Positions 10,443 through 18,660 of a DNA stretch of 64,000 nucleotides are shown here, piece after piece. Under the pieces are notes generated by a model. The model was not told the DNA's origin, ran no database searches, and saw nothing but the letters and a program-made list of their open reading frames with translations. Source of the DNA: Oscillospiraceae bacterium (GTDB taxonomy: Bacteria; Bacillota; Clostridia; Oscillospirales; CAG-272); contig SVSI01000008.1 of assembly GCA_015064385.1 (NCBI GenBank), positions 728 through 64,727 of the forward strand, given 5' to 3'. Numbering within the stretch: position 1 is the first letter of the stretch; the number at the start of each line of letters is the position of its first letter. The position numbers were made by a program, and so were the translations under genes.

Positions 10443-10506
10443 CAAGATGGTATCTTGGATCATTATGAGATAATATATATACGTATTTGCGAGGAAGATT
10501 AGAAAA

Positions 10507-12042
10507 ATGGACAATTCATCAAATAAAAAGCAGGTAAAAATGCCACCCGTGGCAAGAGAAATAGACCTCGTCCGTCTCGGAAAGGCGCTCTGGAAGAGAT
10601 TTTGGATAATAGCCGTTGCGGCAGTGCTCGGAGCAATGATAATGCTTCTGATCACAACTCTTTTCATAGCTCCTAAATACAGTTCGTCAGTACAGTTTTA
10701 TGTAAACAACAAGCTTGATATAGGATCGACCTCTATCAGTATCTCCTCGAGCGACCTTTCGGCATCAACGTCTCTCGTTGATACCTACATCGTAATACTC
10801 GAGTCCCGCGAGGTACTTAAGAGAGTTATAGACGATGGAGAGCTCGACTATACTCCCGAGCAGCTAAGAAGTATGATGAGCGCGGAGTCGGTCGGCGATA
10901 CCCCCGTGTTTGAGGTGACCGTTACACACACCGATCCCGAGGAAGCTACTAAAATAGCGGATCAGATAGCGTACACGTTCAGTGACGCGCTTGATGATTA
11001 CATTATAACCGCAGAAAGCACTAAGGTAATTCAGTACGCAGTGTTCCCCACGGCGCCTTCGTCCCCCAACAAAACCCTGAACACAATGCTCGGATTTTTA
11101 GCGGGACTCGTCATCTCGGTCGGCGTTATAGTGCTTGTTGAGATCTTTGACAACACCATTCGCACTGAGGAGGACATCACCGAAAGTTGCGATCATCCCA
11201 TCCTTGCAGCCGTTCCCGATATGATGGCGGCAACAAAGAGCAAGGGCGGATATTACTCCAAGTCCTTCGTTAACTCAAGGGGCGGCGTCGTACTCGGTGA
11301 CGGTATCAGCTTCTCGGCAACCGAAGCGTATAAGCTGCTTCGTACCAAGATCCAGTTTTCCTTTGCGGATGATAAGAAGTGCCACGTTATCGGAGTATCG
11401 AGTGCGCTTCTCGGAGAAGGAAAGAGTATCACCTCTACAAACCTTGCGTTCTCTCTTGCACAGCTTGGTAAAAAGATCCTTCTTATCGACGGTGATATGA
11501 GACGTCCCTCGCTTGCTAATAAGCTCAAGATAAAGAAGGTCCCCGGACTTTCCAACTACCTTGCGGATAAAACTCCGCTCGATAGCATAATTCAGAATTC
11601 GGGCAAGAAATTCTCTGATTTTGAGTTTGACGTTATCGCGGCAGGACACAATCCGCCTAACCCCGTAGAGCTTCTCGCATCTTCCAAGATGACCGATATG
11701 CTCGACACTCTCAAGGAGCGTTACGACTACATCATCATCGACCTTACTCCCGTTGAAGAGGTCAGTGATGCACTCGTTGCAGCTAAGTTCGTTGACGGTA
11801 TGGTTCTCGTTGTAAGCCAGAACTATTGTAACCGCCACTCGTTTATAAACTCTGTCAACCAGTTCGACTTCGTTGATTCGAGAATACTCGGTATAGTAGT
11901 CAACAGAGTCGTGGAGCCCGGACGTAAGTATTACGGAAAATACGGCTACAAGAAGGGATATTACAGAGGATATTACGGATACTCGAAATCCACCGCAGCT
12001 CTTCCGCCGAGAAACGGAAACGGTGCGGCTGATAAGAAATAA
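10507..12042 (+). CDS. Fused Wzz-like chain-length modulator and BY-type tyrosine autokinase
   Basis: The N-terminal half has two TM segments flanking an extracellular domain (CpsC/Wzz-like). The C-terminal half has Walker A GEGKSIT, Walker A' ILLIDGDMRRP, Walker B YIIIDLTP, and the tail KYYGKYGYKKGYYRGYYGY with 9 Tyr in 19 residues. Confidence 0.9.
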   Translation: MDNSSNKKQVKMPPVAREIDLVRLGKALWKRFWIIAVAAVLGAMIMLLITTLFIAPKYSSSVQFYVNNKLDIGSTSISISSSDLSASTSLVDTYIVILESREVLKRVIDDGELDYTPEQLRSMMSAESVGDTPVFEVTVTHTDPEEATKIADQIAYTFSDALDDYIITAESTKVIQYAVFPTAPSSPNKTLNTMLGFLAGLVISVGVIVLVEIFDNTIRTEEDITESCDHPILAAVPDMMAATKSKGGYYSKSFVNSRGGVVLGDGISFSATEAYKLLRTKIQFSFADDKKCHVIGVSSALLGEGKSITSTNLAFSLAQLGKKILLIDGDMRRPSLANKLKIKKVPGLSNYLADKTPLDSIIQNSGKKFSDFEFDVIAAGHNPPNPVELLASSKMTDMLDTLKERYDYIIIDLTPVEEVSDALVAAKFVDGMVLVVSQNYCNRHSFINSVNQFDFVDSRILGIVVNRVVEPGRKYYGKYGYKKGYYRGYYGYSKSTAALPPRNGNGAADKK

Positions 12043-12047
12043 AGCGT

Positions 12048-12779
12048 ATGAGGAGCGTAGTTGATTTTCACACCCACATTCTTCCGTGTATAGACGACGG
12101 AAGCACAGGTGTCGAGACCTCGCTCGAGATGCTTCGTACCGAAGCAAGACACGGTGTCGGCACCGTGGTCCTCACCCCTCATTTCTATCCCGACAAAGAG
12201 CGTCCCGAATCGTTTATAAAGCGCAGGGAAGAGTCGCTCGCGCTTCTTGAAAAGGCAATGGCTGATCGAAGCGAAGAAAGCTTCCCTAAGCTGCTCGTCG
12301 GCGCAGAGGTAAGATATTTTGAGGGAATGAGCGACTGCGAATACCTCTCCAAGCTTGCAATATCCCAAACCGATCTTATAATGATCGAAATGCCCTTTGC
12401 AAAATGGACGAAAAGAATGCTCTCCGAGCTTTCGGAAATACATCAGAAGCAGGGGCTCGTACCGATAATCGCTCATATAGACCGATATATCGGAGGGTTT
12501 CATCCGTGTGTTCGTTTTGATGATCTTGCAACGCTCCCCGTTCTCATTCAGGTAGGGACCGACTTTTTCGTCAGACGTTCAAGTCGAAAACGAGCGATAA
12601 GGACGTTCCGGCGCGGAATAGTTCATCTTTTGGGCACCGACGCTCATAATATGAGTAGTAGGCGTCCGAATATGAACGAGGCAATAGAGATACTCACACG
12701 CACACTCGGAGAAAACGCGATAGCGTATATAAACTCAGTTGAAAAAGACGCCTTAAATAACAGTCAAATCGAATTTTGA
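12048..12779 (+). CDS. cpsB: PHP-family protein-tyrosine phosphatase (CpsB/YwqE type)
   Basis: The N-terminal DFHTHILPCIDDGS metal-binding motif, a length of 243 aa, and its position directly after the kinase. Confidence 0.85.
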   Translation: MRSVVDFHTHILPCIDDGSTGVETSLEMLRTEARHGVGTVVLTPHFYPDKERPESFIKRREESLALLEKAMADRSEESFPKLLVGAEVRYFEGMSDCEYLSKLAISQTDLIMIEMPFAKWTKRMLSELSEIHQKQGLVPIIAHIDRYIGGFHPCVRFDDLATLPVLIQVGTDFFVRRSSRKRAIRTFRRGIVHLLGTDAHNMSSRRPNMNEAIEILTRTLGENAIAYINSVEKDALNNSQIEF

Positions 12780-12795
12780 TATAAGGAGATCGATT

Positions 12796-13554
12796 ATGAA
12801 AAAAATACTTTCTTTTCTTATGGTCCTTGTTATAGCCGTTATACCGATGACGGTTTTTGCAAGCAATTTCGTGCCCAGCATTTCGTATAAAGGAGCGCCC
12901 GAGATCGTCCTTGCAGATCCCGCAACCGGACTTGTCGGCGAGGTGGAGGGAAACGTAGGCACTGCGGAGCATGACCGCAAGGTGTACACAAACTGTCTCG
13001 TAGTTACTCCCGTATCCGAGGCAAGCACCTCTACTGAAATACCCACCACAGCTGCGCAGACGCTTCTTACCGTTTACGGACAGCTGAACAATCAGGAAAC
13101 CCGTCTTTCCGAGCTCAGCGACGAGCTTAATCTTCTCGTTGCATCCAAGCTTGGGAACGGCAAGGATGCCGACGATCTTATCGTCAAGGATCTCTTTGAC
13201 GTAAGTGTCCTTTGCGATAACCTTGCCGCATCGCTTGCACCTGCGGGAACTACTCTTGACATCACCTTCGATATCTCGGTAGCAGCAGACGAAGAGGTCT
13301 TTATTATGACCTACAAAAACGGTTCGTGGGCACCCATTGAAAATGTAGTGAACAACGGAGACGGCACCGTAACCGGTACTTTTGAAAATTTCTGCCCCGT
13401 TGCCATATTTGTTGAGGGAGAGGGCAGACCCGATTCCCCTGAAACCGGCGTACTTGATCTTTCGTACGTTTGGGCAATAGTTGCGGCAGTATCCGCGATC
13501 CTCATCGTATGCGTGCTCGTTATCAATAAACGCGCAGTTAAAAAAAGCAAATAA
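12796..13554 (+). CDS. Secreted protein with a sortase-type C-terminal sorting signal (SPETG)
   Basis: Signal peptide MKKILSFLMVLVIAVIPMTVFA. At the C-terminus, SPETG (nt 13435-13449) is followed by a 26-residue hydrophobic stretch and the KRAVKKSK tail. I recognise no catalytic motif. Confidence 0.6.
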   Translation: MKKILSFLMVLVIAVIPMTVFASNFVPSISYKGAPEIVLADPATGLVGEVEGNVGTAEHDRKVYTNCLVVTPVSEASTSTEIPTTAAQTLLTVYGQLNNQETRLSELSDELNLLVASKLGNGKDADDLIVKDLFDVSVLCDNLAASLAPAGTTLDITFDISVAADEEVFIMTYKNGSWAPIENVVNNGDGTVTGTFENFCPVAIFVEGEGRPDSPETGVLDLSYVWAIVAAVSAILIVCVLVINKRAVKKSK

Positions 13555-13585
13555 TATACTAAGTCCCGAAAGAGGAGAATAAGTT

Positions 13586-14557
13586 ATGCTAAACAGGAGA
13601 AACGTTATCTCCGGTGTCGTTATCCTTTTACTCCTTGCACTTATGGTCTTCAGTATCGCTAAGCTGCTGGAGAGCAGAAAAGCGGTCGAGGATGGAAACG
13701 GCGACGACTCAAGGACTCTTGAGATAGACGGTGTGAAATACTCTCCCAGACAAGACGTAAACGTTTTTATGCTCGTCGGTATTGACCGCGAGGGTAAGCA
13801 CGAGGACAGCAATTCGTACAGAAACAGCGGCGAGGCAGATATGATATCGCTTCTGATCTTTGACGAAAGCGATAAAACGTACAGTATTCTTTGCCTTAAC
13901 CGCGATACTATGCTTGAGATGCCTACCATAGGACTCGGCGGAAAGTATGCGGGTAAAGCGTACGGTCAGTTGGCTCTTTCGCATACCTACGGAAGCGGAC
14001 TTATAGATAGCTGTCAGAACGTAAAGAAAACGGTATCGAGCTTTTTGTACAATCTTGAAATAGAGTACTGCCTGTCGCTCACGATGGATGCCGTTGCAAA
14101 GCTCAACGACGCCGTTGGCGGTGTTACGGTAAACGTAACCGACGATTTTCCTGCAGAAACAGGAATCCTGAAGGGCGAGGGAGTCAAGCTCTCGGGAGAG
14201 CAGGCGCTTAATTTCGTGCGCACGAGAAAGGACGTAGGCGATCAGCTTAACGTGTCCAGAATGAAGCGTCACGAGGAGTATATGAAGGGCTTTATGAGTG
14301 CCCTGAACACTAAACTCAACTCTGACGAGGATTTCATCGTAAGCACGTACAGAGATCTTTCCGATTACGTAGTGACAGACTGTACACTCGATTCGCTTCA
14401 AAAGTTCGTTTCGAGATATTCAGACTATCAGTTTAAGGAGATCGTCTCTCCCGTCGGCGAAAACACCGTGGGCGAAAAATATATGGAATTCAAGGTCGAT
14501 CCGAAAGAGCTTGAAAAGCTCGTAATTCGACTTTTCTATAACAAACAAGAAAGCTAA
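13586..14557 (+). CDS. LytR-CpsA-Psr (LCP) family glycopolymer transferase
   Basis: An N-terminal TM anchor, then VFMLVGIDREG...EADMISLLIFDE...LNRDT and FVRTRK blocks typical of LCP proteins. Confidence 0.85.
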   Translation: MLNRRNVISGVVILLLLALMVFSIAKLLESRKAVEDGNGDDSRTLEIDGVKYSPRQDVNVFMLVGIDREGKHEDSNSYRNSGEADMISLLIFDESDKTYSILCLNRDTMLEMPTIGLGGKYAGKAYGQLALSHTYGSGLIDSCQNVKKTVSSFLYNLEIEYCLSLTMDAVAKLNDAVGGVTVNVTDDFPAETGILKGEGVKLSGEQALNFVRTRKDVGDQLNVSRMKRHEEYMKGFMSALNTKLNSDEDFIVSTYRDLSDYVVTDCTLDSLQKFVSRYSDYQFKEIVSPVGENTVGEKYMEFKVDPKELEKLVIRLFYNKQES

Positions 14558-14564
14558 GTAGCAC

Positions 14565-14590
14565 GGCGCGAATAAAATAATTTTCGCGCC
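14565..14590 (+). other. Intra-locus hairpin GGCGCGAA-N10-TTCGCGCC
   Basis: An 8-bp GC-rich stem lies between the LCP stop and the aminotransferase start. No adjacent U-tract follows, so it is more likely a processing or stability element, or a weak attenuator, than a full terminator. Confidence 0.3.
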
Positions 14591-14636
14591 TGCGACTATT
14601 TTACACAAAAATAATAAGGTAATTTAAGGTAAAAGA

Positions 14637-15824
14637 ATGGAAATCCAACCTTTTGAAAAGAAAATATGGTTATCTTCTCCCACTATGCACGGAGAGGAAA
14701 TACAGTTCGTACAGAAAGCGTTTGATACGAACTGGGTTTCTACCGTGGGCGAGAATATAAATGAGCTTGAGGCGGGAATAGCGAGGGAGATCGGATGTAA
14801 GTACGCAGTCGCGCTTGCGTCGGGCACCTCGGCAATACATCTTGCCGTAAAGCTTGCTGGCGTGAAGCAGGGGGACAAGGTCTTTTGTACAGATACTACC
14901 TTTGCGGCTACGGTAAATCCCGTGTGCTACGAAAAGGGTGAGCCCGTATTTATCGATATGGAGCGCGGCAGCTGGAATATGGATCCCACGGCGCTTGAAA
15001 AGGCGTTTGAGATGTATCCCGAAACCAAGGTGGTTATCGTCGTAAACCTTTACGGAGTACCCGCAAAGCTTGACGAGATAAAGAGAATATGCGATAAAAA
15101 CGGTGCGATACTTATCGAGGACGCGGCAGAATCTCTCGGTGCTACCTACAAGGGCGCCCAGACTGGAACTTTTGGAAAATATAACGCGATAAGCTTTAAC
15201 GGAAATAAGATAATTACCACCAGCGGTGGAGGAATGCTCCTTACAGACGACGAAAATGCGGCAATAACCGCAAGAAAGTGGTCAACGCAGAGCAGGGAAA
15301 ACGCACCTTGGTATCAACATAAGGACCTCGGATACAACTACCGTATGAGCAATATCCTTGCGGGTGTGGGACGCGGTCAGCTTCTTCACTTAAAGGAGCA
15401 TATAGCGCAGAAAAAGGCAATATATATGCGATATAAGGAGGGCTTCAAGGATCTGCCCGTTACGATGAATCCGTACGACGAAACGGTGTGCGAGCCCAAT
15501 TTCTGGCTTTCGTGTATGCTCATAAACAAGGATGCTATGTGTGAGCAGAAAAGAAGCGATACAAAGGCGAGCTATGTGAAAGAAAGCGGTAAGAGCTGTC
15601 CTACCGAGATACTTGAGACGCTTGCGAAATATAATGCAGAGGGACGTCCGATATGGAAGCCGATGCATCTTCAGGAGATATTTAAGGACAGTAAATTCGT
15701 CTCCGCAGAGGGAGACGTCGGCGCAGACATTTTTGAGCGCGGACTGTGCCTGCCGAGCGATAATAAGATGACTCCAGAGGAGCAGGATATAATTATCGAA
15801 ATAATAAAGAGATGCTTTATCTGA
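14637..15824 (+). CDS. DegT/DnrJ/EryC1 sugar aminotransferase (PglE/EpsN-like, makes the 4-amino-4,6-dideoxy sugar)
   Basis: SPTMHGEE, ALASGTSAIHLA, and FNGNKIITTSGGGMLLT with the PLP lysine, plus YNYRMSNILAGVGRGQL. Confidence 0.9.
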   Translation: MEIQPFEKKIWLSSPTMHGEEIQFVQKAFDTNWVSTVGENINELEAGIAREIGCKYAVALASGTSAIHLAVKLAGVKQGDKVFCTDTTFAATVNPVCYEKGEPVFIDMERGSWNMDPTALEKAFEMYPETKVVIVVNLYGVPAKLDEIKRICDKNGAILIEDAAESLGATYKGAQTGTFGKYNAISFNGNKIITTSGGGMLLTDDENAAITARKWSTQSRENAPWYQHKDLGYNYRMSNILAGVGRGQLLHLKEHIAQKKAIYMRYKEGFKDLPVTMNPYDETVCEPNFWLSCMLINKDAMCEQKRSDTKASYVKESGKSCPTEILETLAKYNAEGRPIWKPMHLQEIFKDSKFVSAEGDVGADIFERGLCLPSDNKMTPEEQDIIIEIIKRCFI

Positions 15825-15839
15825 ACGGAGATACATATA

Positions 15840-16490
15840 ATGTACGCAAAATTTTTCAAAAGATTTTTTGACTTTATACTTTCGCTTATTGCACTTACCG
15901 TGCTTTTCCCGTTTCTCGTTATCTTTACGATAGTCGGCGCGATAGTAATGAAGGGAAATCCCTTTTTCACACAGCTTCGCCCGGGAAAGAACGAAAAGAT
16001 ATTCAAGCTCATAAAGTTCAGAACTATGACCTGCGAGAAGGACGAGAACGGCAAGTTACTTCCTGATGCACAGCGCCTTACAAAGTACGGAAAGCTCCTC
16101 AGAAGCACGTCGATAGACGAGCTCCCCGAGCTTATAAACATTCTCAAGGGCGATATGAGTATAATCGGTCCGAGACCGCTAGTCGTCTCGTATCTTCCTT
16201 ACTATAACGAGCAGGAAAAACACCGTCACGACGTGCGTCCCGGCCTTACCGGTCTTGCACAGATAAACGGCAGAAACAATCTTGCTTGGGAAGAAAGGTT
16301 CGCTTACGATCTTAAATACATAGAAAATATAACTCTCCTCGGTGATATAAAAATAATTTTTCAAACGGTAGCCGCCGTATTTAAGAGAAAGGATATTACC
16401 GTAAGAAAGAGCGATGGATCAAGCGATTTCAGCAAGTACAGAGAAAAGCAGCTTGAAGAGGCAAAAGAGCTTACAAACGTCGGTAAGTAA
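15840..16490 (+). CDS. Small monotopic phosphoglycosyl transferase (PglC/EpsL-type bacterial sugar transferase)
   Basis: 216 aa with a single N-terminal re-entrant helix. Motifs are KFRTM, DELPQL-like DELPELINILKGDMS, IGPRP and RPGLTGLAQINGRN. Confidence 0.9.
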   Translation: MYAKFFKRFFDFILSLIALTVLFPFLVIFTIVGAIVMKGNPFFTQLRPGKNEKIFKLIKFRTMTCEKDENGKLLPDAQRLTKYGKLLRSTSIDELPELINILKGDMSIIGPRPLVVSYLPYYNEQEKHRHDVRPGLTGLAQINGRNNLAWEERFAYDLKYIENITLLGDIKIIFQTVAAVFKRKDITVRKSDGSSDFSKYREKQLEEAKELTNVGK

Positions 16491-16499
16491 TATTTTAAT

Positions 16500-17537
16500 A
16501 TGAAAAATAACGCAAGAGAGATAGGTAGCGAATTTGATTACCGTAACCGGTTTCTTTGCGAAGGGGATAACGGTCTGTTTGACGGCGGACTGCTCACCTA
16601 TTCGGGAAGAACGGCGATAGCGGTAGCGTTTTATGATATACTTAAGTCACACGCTATAAGCACAGTATGGCTTCCGTCGTACTCGTGTGAGTCGATGGCG
16701 CAGCCATTTTACGATCTCGGAGTAAACGTAAAGTTTTATTCGCTTAATTACGATTTTAAGAAAAACAAGATCGTTCGCGAGGATTTCGAGCCGAGCAAAA
16801 ACGACGTCGTTCTCACTATGGGCTATTTCGGATTTTACGACGACGGCAATACGGAGCTTGTTAAAAAATGCCGTGATAACGGAACAATCGTTATAGAGGA
16901 CTGTACACATTCTCTTCTTTCGAGCGGTGATTTTTTGGCAGACTATCGGGTATCAAGTCTCAGAAAATGGTTTGCCACGGCTTCGGGCGGATTCGTCCAA
17001 AAAAGAGACGGTACGCTCGACGCAACTCTTAACGCATGTGATAAAAGTATCGTAGATATGCGTATTACGGCTATGAAGGAAAAAACTCTCTATCTTGAGA
17101 GCGAGTCCGATGAGTCACTCAAAATCGCATTTTTGGAAAAGTACAGAAGGGTAAATCAAAGCTTTTCGCAAAATTATAAAGATCTCGCAATAGACTCTTG
17201 GTCGGAGTCGGTCTTGCGTAAAACGGACGTAGAAGAGATCAGACGAATACGCAGGAAAAACGCACAAATTCTTCTTGACGCGATTTGCGGTGCGTCGGGA
17301 GTAACGAGTATGTTCACAACTCTCGGTAGTAACGACTGCCCGCTGTTCGTTCCTATCCTTTGTGAAAACAGAGCAGAGCTTCAAAAAAAGCTCGCCGAAA
17401 ATAAGATATACTGCCCCGCGCATTGGCCAAAATACAGCGATAAGGCAAACTCAAATCTTTACGATCTTGAGCTTTCTCTTATCTGCGACCAGAGATACGG
17501 CGAGCAGGATATGGAAAGAATCATAGCACTTTTGTAA
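16500..17537 (+). CDS. Putative PLP-dependent (fold-type-I, DegT-like) enzyme of unknown specificity
   Basis: 345 aa. The N-terminal IGSEF, the central VIEDCTHS and VSSLRKWF (candidate PLP lysine) resemble distant DegT/aminotransferase relatives. The assignment rests on weak motifs only. Confidence 0.4.
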   Translation: MKNNAREIGSEFDYRNRFLCEGDNGLFDGGLLTYSGRTAIAVAFYDILKSHAISTVWLPSYSCESMAQPFYDLGVNVKFYSLNYDFKKNKIVREDFEPSKNDVVLTMGYFGFYDDGNTELVKKCRDNGTIVIEDCTHSLLSSGDFLADYRVSSLRKWFATASGGFVQKRDGTLDATLNACDKSIVDMRITAMKEKTLYLESESDESLKIAFLEKYRRVNQSFSQNYKDLAIDSWSESVLRKTDVEEIRRIRRKNAQILLDAICGASGVTSMFTTLGSNDCPLFVPILCENRAELQKKLAENKIYCPAHWPKYSDKANSNLYDLELSLICDQRYGEQDMERIIALL

Positions 17538-17565
17538 AAACCTTAAATTAAGAAAGCGTGAAAAA

Positions 17566-18642
17566 ATGAAGACGGTTTTAATTACAGGTATCGGCGGGCT
17601 TACTCCCCGTTCGATCGCTAAAACGATACGTAAAAATCATCCGGAGTACAAGCTCATCGGGTGTGATATAGATAAGAAGGCAATGGGATTTTTTATGCAG
17701 GGACTTCTGGACGAGTACTACGTCTGTCCGCGTTGCACCTCTGACGAATATTTTCCCTACATAGAGAAGCTTGTCAAGGAAAAGCATATAGACTATGCAT
17801 TCGTACAGCCCGAAAGAGAGATCGTTGAGTGGGGCGATTATTACGATAAACACGGCAAATATCCTTGTCCCGTGTTTATGGGAAGCAAGCTGCTTTCGGT
17901 CTCGCTTAAGGATAAATCCATTATGGCAGAGCTTCTTGAGGGTACAGAATTTATTCCGAAAACCATTAAGGTGACGCAGGATGATCCCAGATACGAGGAC
18001 GTTGAAAACGAGATCGGATTTCCGTGCTGGATCCGTGCGACCGAAGGTACGGGAGGACTTGGCTCGCTGCGTCTCGATGATATCGGAAGCTATAAGAGCT
18101 GGTTGTTTATTAATGCGGGAATTCCCGAGTTCACCGTGAGCGAATTTCTTACGGGACGCCATCTCGCAAACCAAATGCTTTACTATAACGGAGAATACGT
18201 AAAGGGCGCTGCACTCGAGTGCGCCGAATACGTTATGGCAAATACGGCGCCTTCGCACGTTACCGGAAATACTCATTTCGGGCGCTTCCTTAACGAGGAC
18301 AGAATAAATGAATTTTGTGACAGATGCGTAAAGTATCTTGAAAACAAGCTCGGTGTTCCCGCACACGGAATACTTTCCTTTGACCTTAAGGAAGATAAAA
18401 ACGGTGATATAAAGGTGACTGAGGTAAATATCCGTCACATGGCTTACACCGGCGTTATGTCTCAGGTGGGCTTCGATCTTATAGAAGACACCATCAAAAT
18501 TATGGAGGACGGAAATTGCGACCGCGTTGAGCGCGCACAGTTCTATCATTACGATAAGCCGTACGTTTTCCTCCGTGACGTTGACGTAGAGCCCATCGTT
18601 CTTGAAAGCGAAGAAGTGTTTGATGGTCTTAGTTGCAAATAG
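17566..18642 (+). CDS. ATP-grasp domain protein (putative carboxylate-amine ligase)
   Basis: 358 aa. An N-terminal Rossmann-like VLITGIGG is followed by CWIRATEGTGGLGS and a C-terminal ...KVTEVNIRH resembling ATP-grasp Mg/ATP-binding strands. Confidence 0.6.
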   Translation: MKTVLITGIGGLTPRSIAKTIRKNHPEYKLIGCDIDKKAMGFFMQGLLDEYYVCPRCTSDEYFPYIEKLVKEKHIDYAFVQPEREIVEWGDYYDKHGKYPCPVFMGSKLLSVSLKDKSIMAELLEGTEFIPKTIKVTQDDPRYEDVENEIGFPCWIRATEGTGGLGSLRLDDIGSYKSWLFINAGIPEFTVSEFLTGRHLANQMLYYNGEYVKGAALECAEYVMANTAPSHVTGNTHFGRFLNEDRINEFCDRCVKYLENKLGVPAHGILSFDLKEDKNGDIKVTEVNIRHMAYTGVMSQVGFDLIEDTIKIMEDGNCDRVERAQFYHYDKPYVFLRDVDVEPIVLESEEVFDGLSCK

Positions 18643-18660
18643 TTAAAAGGAGACAAAAAT

